Of a stretch of DNA of 64,000 nt, positions 1 to 11,186 are shown piece after piece (the stretch's first letter is position 1; each line of letters begins with the position of its first letter). The notes below the pieces were generated by a model, which was given only the letters and a program-made list of their open reading frames with translations, searched no databases and was not told the DNA's origin. Location of the stretch: NCBI GenBank assembly GCA_950097015.1, contig CATNEN010000009.1, forward strand, positions 1,364,001 through 1,428,000. Direction: 5' to 3'. The translations under genes were made by a program, and so were the position numbers. This DNA comes from Macrostomum hystrix (Eukaryota > Animalia > Platyhelminthes).

Positions 1-92
1 ACTTGGACTTTTGGCAAATAAAGTGGAACTTGTACTTGAACTTGAACTTGGTTAAGTTAAAGCCTTAACTTTGACTTGCCTTTCTCCTTCAG

Positions 93-791
93 ATACTGCA
101 GTACTTTCCTGATCAGGGATACTGCCTTTATCGGCACGGAGTAGGCAGTTGTAAACAACTGCTCAGAGCCTTGGGCAGGCCTGCCGCCCCAGCCGCCCCT
201 GCCGCCCCTGCCGCTCCTGCCGTGCAAGCCCCAACGCCTGCTGCAAGGGCGTCTGGGGCACTGAATCAAGCACTCCAGCACTTCACACTTGCAGCCGGAG
301 AACACTTTGGCGGACTGCTTCCGCCATTATCACAGCCGGTAGCAGAAATGCTACGGGCTGTGATAATGTGTCTGGAAAGGCGTGACGCTAAACGGCTCCT
401 TTGTCTGGCAAAGGCCACTGCCGAGGTAACGGCGCTGGCAATTGGTGCTGCATCAGTTGACCTCGCGGAGGCCCCTCCTCATCCCGCCAACGCCGATCCC
501 GCCGACGCCGATCCCGCCGACGCCGATCCCGCCGACGCCGATCCCGCCGACGCCGATCCGGCCGATCCCGCCGACGCCGATCCGGCCGATCCCGCCGACG
601 CCGATCCGGTCGATCCCGCCGTTCCCGCCGCCATACCACCGGACCACTTTCGCGGGGCCGGTCCCGGCCCGTCGGCGGTAGCGGAGGACGAGGAGGAGGA
701 CGAAGAAGAAGAGCAGCAGCCGAGGGCCAAGAGGCAATGCGTGAAAAAGGCTGCCCCTAAGAAGGCTGGCCGAAGGAAGCGACGTCGCTAA
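93..791 (+). CDS. Terminal exon of a low-complexity protein (DPADA repeats, acidic tract, basic NLS-like C-terminus)
   Basis: Acceptor TTCTCCTTCAG at 82-92 opens an uninterrupted frame (ILQYFPDQGYCLYRHGV...) continuous with track ORF 171..791. 15-bp GCCGACGCCGATCCC repeats; ends KKAAPKKAGRRKRRR*. The upstream exon lies outside the window. Confidence 0.55.
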   Translation: MLQYFPDQGYCLYRHGVGSCKQLLRALGRPAAPAAPAAPAAPAVQAPTPAARASGALNQALQHFTLAAGEHFGGLLPPLSQPVAEMLRAVIMCLERRDAKRLLCLAKATAEVTALAIGAASVDLAEAPPHPANADPADADPADADPADADPADADPADPADADPADPADADPVDPAVPAAIPPDHFRGAGPGPSAVAEDEEEDEEEEQQPRAKRQCVKKAAPKKAGRRKRRR

Positions 792-1034
792 ACTATTTAT
801 ATATATTTTTTATTATCTGGCGCCTTTTCCTTTTGCGACAATACGCATTTATTATTATTTTATTATTTTATTTTTTTATACCATAAATCTAGCCAGTCTA
901 TGGACCAGGAGGGAGCCCAGCCTGTGTGGCGTCCTTAGTAACCGGCCCCTGGAAACAGCATCCGGCATTCCAGCATAAGTCAACTTAGTGAATTAGTTTC
1001 ATTGTTTTGTTATTTAGTTGTCATGGACTGATTG

Positions 1035-2135
1035 GCCCCAAACTGAGAATTTGGGATTGTCACCAAACTGAGGGTCTGGGATAATTGTCATTAAACTTAG
1101 GATCTGGGATTGTCACCAAACTGAGGATCTGGGATTGTCCCAAACATAGGATCTGGGATTGTCACCAAACTGAGGGTCTGGGATAATTGTCTTTAAACTA
1201 AGTTTTAAAATTTTATATATTGTTGTATCATTGTATATAAATCGTATCGTATCAATGTTGTATCATTGTTGTTTTGTTGTATTAGTGTTGTATAAATCTT
1301 ATGATGTGCTGTAGACTGCTGAGCAGCCTCCAGGCAATCTGAGAGTCAGGCTGTTCTAGGTCTGTGGAAGGGCTAGGGTTGGTAGTTAGTGTTTCCCGTG
1401 CACTGTCACTTCCGCTCGCCACCCCCCTCCTCTCTCGTTCTCTTGTTCCAGCTCTGTCTGCGCACTGAGTCACATTGCACACCATGGTGCAATCGCTTAA
1501 GTTCGGAAGAAGACTGGCATTACAACGCTCAAATGCTCCTACTATAAGTAGAGCACAGTCCGACGAATCCTTGAGATCGTGTTAGTGCCGTGGTAGCACA
1601 ACTTCTGTATGAATATGGCACGTTTCTTGTCTCCAGTCTTCATGCCGCTCGGAACCGTTTGTGCTTACATTCTGTGTCCATTCTTTTGGCTCTAAGATCT
1701 TAGACAATTCTTGTTGGTCTAGGTCACACACTGCATTTAGAAGCTTGGTGTGTCACCCGATCAAGCATAAGATCTGAAAGTTTAGCTAGGACGTGGACTA
1801 AGTAGAAGAGGTCACGGGAGAACTTAGCTGTCTAAGCCTGACTACCGGATTGTTCCTCTGCTAGGAAGCATCTGAGTGTGAGGCCGGATACTCTCTCTCT
1901 CGGAATCTAGTTCCTGTCTTGGTTATTTTTACCAATTGTGTGTGCCACGCTACCACAGGTACAACACTTAGTTCATTTCATTGTTTAAAACTTTTTATCT
2001 AGGGGGTTATCACTAATCTGGGATTGTCCCAAACTGAGGATCTGGGATTGTCACCAAACTGAGAATCTGGGATTGGCACCAAACTGAGGATCTGGGATTG
2101 TCACCAAACTGAGGATCTAGGATAATTTTCATAAA
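1035..2135 (+). repeat. 25-bp tandem repeat (GGGATTGTCACCAAACTGAGGATCT) in two blocks, ~1035-1200 and ~2015-2135
   Basis: Repeat units read directly; the blocks lie on either side of the solo LTR. Confidence 0.85.
1286..1966. mobile_element. Solo LTR (BEL/Pao- or Gypsy-type), 681 bp
   Basis: Starts TGTTGTA and ends TACAACA (7-bp inverted termini, TG...CA). Flanked by ATTAG / CTTAG, a 5-bp TSD with one mismatch. More GC-rich than the flanks and has no ORF. Confidence 0.7.
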
Positions 2136-2356
2136 CTAATCTTTAAATTTTTATTTATTGTTGTATCATTGTTGTTGTTACCTCATTTTCTTTCTGCTCT
2201 CTATTGCGTATCCCTCCGGTGCTTTTTTTTGACAAGAATGTGCTTTAGTTTTTTTTTCAAAATAAAGAAAGAAGTGCTGTGCAAATCTATTAGTAAGTCA
2301 TTTGTCGATTTCTTTTCTTGCAGATGCGACCTGCTCTTCGACTTGAGCAGATCGAC

Positions 2357-2475
2357 ATGAGTAGAGTGGGGCGAGTGGAGTAGAGTGGGGGAGTGGAGTA
2401 GAGTGGGGGGAGTGGAGTAGAGTGGGGGAGTGGAGTAGAGTGGGGGAGTGGAGTAGAGTGGGGGGAGTGGAGTAT
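2357..2475 (+). repeat. Purine-rich ~20-bp tandem repeat (GAGTGGAGTAGAGTGGGGG)
   Basis: About 5-6 units visible. Confidence 0.85.
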
Positions 2476-2606
2476 TGGGTTAAGCAAAGACTAACTGAGT
2501 GTGGGTGGCCAATTGTAAGCCGAAAAGTACTATTATGACAGATTGACTAACTACTTTCTATATTTGGATGAGAGATAGGCAGTATACTCTAAATTTATAC
2601 TCTAAA

Positions 2607-2952
2607 GTATACTCTAAAGAAATGTGCGTGCGCTGTATTTTCGCTGGAAGCAGTGCGACGATTTCGGGCTACAGGACGACCACAGGACAACGCTGCAGCT
2701 AGTGGTGATTCTATTTTTAGCAAAGTGCAATTTTCTTAAGAGTATAGACGTGGCTCGTGTGCATTCAAATGGCAGCCATACAAGTCTATGTGACAAGTCC
2801 GTATACTCTTAAGAAAGGTGCGCTTTGCTAAAAAATGAACCGCCCGGGGTTTCCCCGTGCAGCGGCAAGCTAGCAAGCCATCCCGGCTAGGCCATATGCC
2901 GACAAGGTCAAGTAGCGAAAAAACAGCTCGCGCACCTTTCTTAAGAGTGTAT
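2607..2952. repeat. Four-motif inverted-repeat / long hairpin cassette, copy A
   Basis: Motif TATACTCTTAAGAAAGGTGCGC occurs forward ~2607, reverse ~2725, forward ~2801, reverse ~2930; the middle pair forms a long hairpin. Confidence 0.75.
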
Positions 2953-4361
2953 AAATGCATACATGCATGCATGCACTACACCAACCACACCAACTAAGCT
3001 CTTGGGACGGAAGAAAATTTTATCACTGACATGATAAAATTCTTTAAGTCCGGAAACTCTAGTTTATTCAAATATGCAATTATATAGATGTCAGAGGGCT
3101 GCTATATGTGATGGATGTCGATTCGCAAACTGACTTGGCTGTGAATAGAATCAAATGCTGATGTTTGTTGATGGTGGTATTTTTGCGAAAAGTGTATTCA
3201 TAGTTCATGCATATTCATGAATTAAGGTATTTTCGCAAAAATACTGATATGTTCTTATACGAAGGTAAGGGCAGTATTTTTGCAAAACGTTCCTGAAGTA
3301 GCGTGGCTACATATAATGGTACTTTCGCGAAAATACATATGTATTCTCAGATATAGTGTTTTGTCTTCTTACTGCCAGAAAATTTACTTATATTTAATAT
3401 GCAATAGTACGAGTACTAAAAGTAGTGCTGCTTGCTATTTCTGTTAGTATTTTTGCGAAAATACATACGTATTCTCAGACGAAGTGTCTTGTCTTTTTAC
3501 TGCCGTACTTGCACTCCTTTATAGCACCTTCCAACTCCGCGGCGGCGGAGGCCTGGACGCCCGGACGACGCCGGGCGGAGGTGGCCATGGCCGCAGCAAT
3601 AGCTGCGGCCGACGTAATCGAAATCGATCAGTCTGATATATATATTCAATTAAAGTTTATACAAGTTTCTCATGTAAAAAACATTAATAAAAACGGATAA
3701 GTTTGAAAAAGTAAAGTACAAACGACTAATAAATTATTATACGCCTTCGTCTCGCTAGATATGCCAAGATGGACAATTAAAACTTGCAAACTGGGTATGT
3801 AGTGCATTAAATCGTGCGTATATTAACATAGACATTTCTGCTTGGTACAGCTCGATTTTTTCGCGTTTTTTTCTTCGTATCCACATTTCTTCTTTCGAAA
3901 ATACAGTCAGACGTTCTAGGCCATAGACACAAAAAATGACTGCATATAATTCATGTTGTATGCAGTATTTTTGCAAAAGTTATTGAAGTAGCGTTGCTAT
4001 ATCTTAGGGTATTTTCGTGAATGCAGATACGTATTCTCAGACAAAGTGGCTTGTACTTTTTAACATAGACACATTTAGTAAAATTCTGCTAATTGCGAAA
4101 ATTCATGAATGAATTTCATACAGACATTAAAAAAATAAGACAAGCTGGTTACCATAGACTATAGCGGCGCTGATAAATTGAGGTTTCAATGAAAAATATG
4201 CTTTTTAGACGGTATTTTCGCGAAACACCATCTAAAAAATCTAAACCATCTAATTTCGCGAGCCAGACATTTCAACTATAATTAGTATTTGCGCACTGCC
4301 AAATTTTTTTCGCGAAAGCACATACGTATTCTTAAGTCAAAACGACTATGATCGTTGACTA

Positions 4362-5733
4362 CTTCGGGTGTCCGGAAAGTCATGAGAATGTGTTATTCTA
4401 ACTACTTAGACACAAGCTATTGACAAGATACTGTACCATTCTAACACTTGACTTAATATATGTCTATGGCTGAAAGAGCTAGATTCTTGCTTCAAATTTG
4501 GGGGTAAGGCTGATGGTTATAACTTAGAAGTCTAGGCCACTGCAACGCAGAGGCAAAGCAAGCATCTATCGTTACTTTTTTCTTCATTGATCCTTGCTGC
4601 TGCTTTGAGATGGACGAGTTTCAAGCTTATGCTTATACCAGGTATAAGCTTGGTATATCTGCTCCTGATTGCCATGGAGAACTGCTGAAAGTGCATGGAG
4701 ATGTGGCGCCTGGTCTGTCGTCAGTGTACCGATGGTACACAAGGTTCCGTGACGAGTCGTACCCACTGGCCCAAGCTGCCCGTACTGGCCGGCCGAGATC
4801 GACGAGAACACCAGAGCTGATCGAGACCTGCAGAAATCTCGTGAAAGAAGATCCAAAAGTGAGTGTCAGAGATCTTGCTGACTTCATGGAGGTTGGGAAA
4901 TCAACAGTGCATGAAATATTGACTGAAGACCTGCAACTTCGCAATGTGTCTGCCGTGTGGGTCCCGCATGTTCTCTCCGAGGAGAACAAGGTTGCTCGCG
5001 TCAATTTTGCCAAGCAAATACGTCGGATTTTTCATACCGAGGGCATGACCAGCTTCTGCAACAAGTACGTGGTGGAGGACGAGACGTGGGTGTACCTTAA
5101 AAACACTGGTACACGGCAGAACAACCGGTGCTGGCTGGGTCAAGGCGACCATCGACCTCAAGTTGTGAGACACTCAGTCGGGGACCCAAAGACAATGCTG
5201 GTAGTCGCTTTCACCCCAAGCAAGCGATTCTCTATCATGTCAACGGCGCCAAAGCAGACTGTTGATGCCAATCGCATCGTTGAATTCGTTCGACACACAG
5301 GTGACCTATGGCGGAGCCTCAGATCACAGCCAATTCATCTGTCCGAAGTCTTGTGGCAGTGGGACAACGCACGACCTCATGTGGCCCAGCCTGTGCAGCA
5401 GTACATGGAGACTCGTGGAGTTCAACTGCTTTTTCAGAGTCCCTACAGCCCTGATTTCAATTTATGCGACCGTTTTTTCTTCAATTGGCTGAAATCGAAC
5501 TTCTCGAAGCGGGAGTTCAGCAGCCACGATGAGGTCCGCGAGGCCGCGTTGCAGTGGGCGAGGGGTCTGGATGCAAACTGCTTGAAACGCGAGGTTCTAC
5601 GGCTCGTGGAGCACTGCCAAGCTGTGATTGACTTCAGGGGAAATTACATTACTGATTAGTAAAGTTTCACTGTTCTGCGCGTTTTTATAATTAACCTTTT
5701 GTAGTTTTCTCATGACTTTCCGGACACCCGGAA
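4362..5733 (+). mobile_element. Full-length mariner (Tc1/mariner, DD34D) transposon, 1372 bp
   Basis: 27-bp TIRs CTTCGGGTGTCCGGAAAGTCATGAGAA (4362-4388) and TTCTCATGACTTTCCGGACACCCGGAA (5707-5733). TA duplicated at 4360-61 and 5734-35. A paralogous empty site ATCGTTGAC-TA-CTTGAGATTTG lies at ~31289-31310. Confidence 0.95.
4610..5659 (+). CDS. Mariner transposase, intact, 349 aa
   Basis: N-terminal HTH region, WVPHVL motif, EDETWV (D1), WDNARPH (D2), YSPDFNLCD (D3, exactly 34 residues after D2). Confidence 0.95.
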   Translation: MDEFQAYAYTRYKLGISAPDCHGELLKVHGDVAPGLSSVYRWYTRFRDESYPLAQAARTGRPRSTRTPELIETCRNLVKEDPKVSVRDLADFMEVGKSTVHEILTEDLQLRNVSAVWVPHVLSEENKVARVNFAKQIRRIFHTEGMTSFCNKYVVEDETWVYLKNTGTRQNNRCWLGQGDHRPQVVRHSVGDPKTMLVVAFTPSKRFSIMSTAPKQTVDANRIVEFVRHTGDLWRSLRSQPIHLSEVLWQWDNARPHVAQPVQQYMETRGVQLLFQSPYSPDFNLCDRFFFNWLKSNFSKREFSSHDEVREAALQWARGLDANCLKREVLRLVEHCQAVIDFRGNYITD

Positions 5734-7597
5734 TACTTGAGATTTGTGCATAATGTGGCAGTGGTAAAAAGGTAAGAAGGCTCTTATGGAAGACAGCATC
5801 GTCACACCGGACTGCTATACAGTAACTCCAACACATTTCACTAGCATTTGTAGTGTAGTGGGTCGGAGTTACTGTGCCGTGGTTCACATACTGCGACATG
5901 TCACATAGTGGTTGATATCAATTGTCAATTTGACGTTGTACATCGCATAGCTGCTCGTGCCAGTGTCACCTTGACGTTGTACGTCTGCGCAACGCAAAAT
6001 ACAGCAATATGTTGCATAGACGTACAATGTCGAACTTGACATTGCCTATGCAAGTCTCAACCGCAGGAGTGTTATGTTCTCCTGGTATGTTCTCATTCTC
6101 CCACTGTCTTTCGACTATCTTTTGTTCCTAAAATGTTGAAAGGGGGGGTCTGGTCCAGCCAAGCCCCAGCCAAGGCCCCAGCAAGACCAAAACGGACCTC
6201 TGTTGTACGTGTATTCTAAATCGGTGCGTGTTTTCCCCAGAGACGACGACCCTAATTGGGATAGCCTATATAGAATGTTCAATATTTAGAAATACACTAC
6301 GGAGATCAAAAAAGGTCATTCGGCTTTTTGCGACTGGCTTGCATGCCGTCCATGGTTAGCAGTGTGCTACTACTTACAGCCATACACGTGTGCAAGAAAT
6401 ACACTAAGGAGATCAAAAAAAAGGTCTTTCAGCCTTTTGCGCTACGCATGCCTGCTATTAGTAGTAGGTATAGCAGTGCAGAAACTGGCGAGTCAGTGAG
6501 TTGCAGCTAGAAGAATCTGCGAATTTGGATTTCGGCATTGGTTTTTGGCTTTGGATGTTTGATCGCTTTCTTCGAACTGATCTAAACTGATCGTTCCAAC
6601 AAAAGCACTCTGGTACCATTCATTGATGTGTTACTTTCGCGAAAACATAATTGGAGGATAGTGAAATCGAGGGAGAGTGAAGAGAGGATCAGATCGAAGG
6701 AAGGAAGGAAGGGGAGGAAAGCGAAGGTAGGTTGACTGCACAGATTTTAGATTTGCAGAATGTACGACTGATTCATTGTATTTATTGATTCATTGTACTG
6801 ATGTGTTACTTTCGCGAAAACATATTTGGAGGATAGTACAGGAGGAAAGTGAAAGCGAGGCAACGTGAAGAGAGGATCAGGGTAGATCGAAGGAAGGAAG
6901 AAAGGAATGGGAGGAAAGCGAAGGTAGGGGAGGAAGCTAGGACAGAGTGAAGGGAGAGAGTGAGACACCACCACCTACCCAACCAGTAGCCTCGTGCAGC
7001 GGCAAGCCAGCCCGGCTAGGCCCTATGCCGACGACGTCAAGTAGCGAAAAAACAGCTCGCGCACCTTAAGAGTATATATATATACCTGCATAGCATTTAC
7101 GACTACTACTACTCGTACTACTCCACCAGCCACACCAACTAAGCTCTTGGGACGGAAGAAAATTTTATCACTGACATGATAAAATTCTTTAAGTCCATAA
7201 ACTCTAGTTGATAAAAATATACAATTATATAGATTTTAGAGGGCTGCTATATGGGATGGATGTCGATTCGCAAACTGACTTGACTGTAAATAGACTCAAA
7301 TGCTGATGATTGTTGATGGTGGTATTTTCGAGAAAAGTGTATTTATAGTCGATGCAAATTCATAAATTAAGGTAATTTCGCAAAAATACTGATATGTTTG
7401 CAAAACAAAGGTAAGGGCAGTATTTTTGTAAAACGTTCCTGAAGTACTCTCTATATTCGCTCAATAAATCTTATTCTGTTAGAAAAAAATTGCAATAGTG
7501 ATCAAGATTTCCCCATTTTCAGACAAAAATCATTAAAAATCCAACACCCGAAAGAAAATCAATCTAAATAGCCAGATAACACACCGTTCAATTGCAT

Positions 7598-7674
7598 GTG
7601 ATCTGGCGTGCAGGTCTAAAGCATTCCTATCTTTCCTATCTAGTACCAGTGGCTCGGTTTCGTTCCCAGTCAGC
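7598..7674 (+). ncRNA. tRNA-derived Pol III-type unit (pseudo-tRNA / SINE-like head), copy 1
   Basis: A-box-like TGGCGTGCAGGTCTAAAGC at 7604 and B-box-like GGTTTCGTTCCC at ~7656. Homologous copies at 10270-10345 (+) and ~40095-40175 (-). Confidence 0.4.
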
Positions 7675-9359
7675 ATAAAAAAATCAGCAAATAATTTACT
7701 ACTAATGAAATTAAATGTTTATTACGAGAATATATGTATTTTTTATACTCGTATCCCCAATTTCTGTGGACCCCATTATTACTAACGTACGTTTGCTCGA
7801 ATACGGCAGTTACCTTCTTTTGATAATGCCTTTATTTTCATTTTGGACACATATGTCTATTGCAAAAATACATACGTATTTTCAGACAAAGTGTCTTGTC
7901 TTTTTACTGCCGTACGTATGCAAATAAACCTGAGATTGTGCGGCTACAGTAGCCGGCACATATTTGCGAAAGTACAAATGTGTCTTCAAACAATATTAAA
8001 TGCATAGTTGCGCAATAGTACTTGAAGTAGTGCTGCTTGCACCTGAAGTAGTAAAGTATAACGCGAAAGTAATTGAAATAACATGGCAAGACTATATACT
8101 TGTGATAGTTTAGATGGTATTTTCGCGAAATAGTCATAGACATTTCAACGATTAGTACTTAGTATTAGTACTCGTACTTAGGAATATTTGCTCAGTGGCA
8201 AAAAATATTTTGCTGAATAATATTCATAAATGAATTTTCGCGAAAAAGTTTTGTTCCTAAAATGTTGAAAGGGGGGGTCTGGTCAAGGCAAAGGGGTGTC
8301 TGGTCCAGCCAAGCCCCAGCCAAGGCCCCAGCAAGACCAAAACGGACCTCTGTTGTACGTGTATTCTAAATCGGTGCGAGTTTTCCCCAGAGACGACGAC
8401 CCTAATTGGGATAGCCTTTATAAAATGTTCTATATTTAGAAATACACTACGGAGATCAAAAAAAGGTCATTCGGCTTTTTGCGCGCTACTATTTACAGCC
8501 ATAGACGTGTGCAAGAAATACACTAAGGAGATAAAAAATGTCTTTTCAGCTACGCATGCGCCTGCTGTAAGTAGTAGCTATAGCAGTGCAGAAACTGGCT
8601 AGTCAGTGAGTTGCAGCTAGAAGAAGCTGCAAATTTGGATTTCGGCTTTGGTTTTTGGCTTTGGATGCTTCAGTTTCTTCGAACTGATCTCAACTGAAAA
8701 GCACTCTGGTACCATTCATTGACGTGTAACTTTCGCGAAAACATAATTGGAGGATAGTGAAATCGAGGGAGAGTGAATAGAGGATCAGATCGAAGGAAGG
8801 GGAGGAAAGCAAAAGTAGGTTGACTGCACAGATTGTAGATTTGTACTGATGTGTTACTTTCGCGAAAAAATATTTAGAGGATAGTATACAGGAGGAAAGT
8901 GAAAGCGAGGGAGAGTGAAGAGAGGATCAGGATCATCAGATCCTGAATCAGAATCCAGAATCCTGAATCCAGAATCATCAGATTAAAGGAAGGGGATCAG
9001 GAAAGCGAAGGTATAGGGGAGGAAGCTAGGACAGAGTGAAGGGAGGATATGCAGAGAGTCAGACACCACCACCTACCCAACCACCTGCACTCTGCATCCA
9101 CCCACCCAAATTCGTACGACTGATTCATTGTAATTATTAATTCATTGTACTGATCGATGTCTTACTTTCGAGAAAACATATTTGGAGGATAGTACAGGAG
9201 GAAAGTGAAAGCGAGGGAGAGTGAAGAGAGGATCATCAGATTAAAGGAAGGGGATCAGGAAAGCGAAGGTATAGGGGAGGAAGCTAGGACAGAGTGAAGG
9301 GAGGATATGAGAGTGAGACACCATGCACCACCTACCCAACTTGCACCTGCACTCTGCAT

Positions 9360-9510
9360 CCACCCACCCAACACCACACACCACACCACCCCACACACCA
9401 CCCACCCAACACCACACACCACACCACACCACACACCACACCACACCACACACCACACCACACCACACACCACACACCACACCACACCACACACCACACC
9501 ACACCACACC
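9360..9510 (+). repeat. (CACCACAC)n-type simple repeat
   Basis: Read directly; explains the HTTP/VWCG pseudo-ORFs. Confidence 0.9.
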
Positions 9511-9633
9511 CTGCAGCAGCACTCCAATTATAAGAGTTTATGGACTTAGAGAATTTACAATCAGTAAATTCTCGACCGTCCCAAGGCTTAAATAGTGTAG
9601 TGAGATCGGGGCGGGATAGAGGGAGCCAGTTAG

Positions 9634-10010
9634 TATATATTCTAAAGAAAGGTGCGCGCTGTACACTTTCGCTGGAGGCAATATGATCGACGGAGATTAT
9701 ATCTAGATCGGGCTTGATGACGACTAGTTACTAGATGACCGAAAATGCATGGTGTTTCTATTTTTAGCATAAGGCGCACCTTTCTTAAGAGTATATACTG
9801 GCTTGCGTGCCCCATAGACTTCAATAGGCTGCCATTTAAATACACACGAGCCAGCTGGTATATATATACTCTTAAGAAAGGTGCGCCGTAGGCTAAAAAT
9901 AGAATCGATGAATCGCCCGGGGTTTAGCCAGCCCCCATATGCCGACGACGTCGAGTAGCGAAGTCAAGTTGCGAAAAAACAACTCGCGCACCTTTCTTTA
10001 GAGTATATAT
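9634..10010. repeat. Four-motif inverted-repeat / long hairpin cassette, copy B
   Basis: Motif forward 9634-9658, reverse 9773-9797, forward 9863-9887, reverse 9985-10010. Arms ~9756-9812 and ~9845-9905 are reverse-complementary around a ~33-nt loop. A truncated third copy lies at ~6990-7085. Confidence 0.8.
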
Positions 10011-10269
10011 ATATACCTGCATGTATAGCATTTAACAGCCACCAGCCACACCAACTAAGCTCTTGGGACGGTCGAAAATTTTATCACTGACATGATAAAA
10101 TTCTCTAAGTCCGTAAACTCGAGTTTGAAATTATTTGGATGTCAGAGGCCTATTTGCTATGGAGGTCGATTTGCGAAGGGCAGTATTTTTGCAAATGGTA
10201 AATCATGAGAATACAACATGCGAAAGAAAATCAATATAAATAGCCAGACAACACACTCTTTAATTGTTA

Positions 10270-10352
10270 GTGAACTGGCATGCAGGTCTAATGCATTGTC
10301 GCTAGTACAAGTGGCTCGGGTTCGATTCCCATTCACCCCAACGCATTTTTTT
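10270..10352 (+). ncRNA. tRNA-derived Pol III-type unit, copy 2, followed by an oligo-T run
   Basis: TGGCATGCAGGTCTAATGC (A box, GCA/TGC D-stem), GGGTTCGATTCCC (B box), GTGAA/TTCAC acceptor-like pairing, TTTTTTT about 10 nt downstream. Confidence 0.45.
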
Positions 10353-10874
10353 ATTTAAAAAATGGGCAACATTATACTAGAAATGAAAATAAATTTTTAC
10401 TAGGAATCTGTTTTTTTTATATTGGAATCCACACTTTTTGTGTGGATCCCCATTATTATTAATGTTGACTTACTACTGCAATATTACTTATAGTAGTGCC
10501 GATTGCACCTGAAGTAGTAAAGTATACTGCGAAAGTAATTGAATTAACATGGCTAGTCTATATACTTGTAACGGTTTTTTCGCAAAAAAACTAACATGGC
10601 TAGTCTATATACTTGTAATGGTTTTTTCGCGAAATAGCCATAGAAATTTTATCTATTAGTATTTGCGAATTGGGGATTGCAATACACACGAGTGAATTTT
10701 CGCGAAAAAAGTTTTGTCTGTAGTCAAACCTAGAACTACAGTTGAGTACAGTCGCAAAAGTGAGCTATGTAAGACTGAGCGCGCTTAACATCTACTTTGT
10801 GACCGACTGACTGACCGACCGAGCGATCAACCACATTTACGAGTTAATTCCTACGCCTCGACTTCAAGTTTGAA

Positions 10875-11147
10875 ATGTCAGCATTTCGTGGCCGTGGAAA
10901 GAAGGCTCGTGTGGATGCCAGCATTGCTACATCGGATTCTAATGGTCTACGCCAGACTAGGATCGTGGACTACTTTAGATCTGAGCAGTCAACCGATCGT
11001 CCTACTGGCAACTCAATTAGACCGAGTGGGCAAGCAGCATCGGCATCATTCGCAGCACTGGCAGGAACGGCTGGCCGGGCATCGGCTGCCTTCAATGTTC
11101 CCCGCCGTGCAGCAGTAATACAGCAGCAACAGCAACCGCAGCAGCAT

Positions 11148-11186
<39 letters not shown>

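Larger units (their letters stand above)
6120..10720. repeat. Shuffled, internally duplicated non-coding modules
   Basis: 6120-6960 ~ 8248-9350; 7500-8240 ~ 10190-10720; 2975-3330 ~ 7085-7440 ~ 10015-10200. Further copies at 40090-40330 (inverted) and 40540-40665. Confidence 0.8.

Noticed and set aside
388-737. Antisense and alternative-frame ORFs over the DPADA repeat
   Set aside because: Shadows of the 15-bp repeat; only the + frame has a splice acceptor and a non-repetitive continuation.
10270-10345. Amber-suppressor tRNA (CTA in a 7-nt loop)
   Set aside because: No U33, broken T-stem and acceptor register, and the loop is not conserved in the other two copies.
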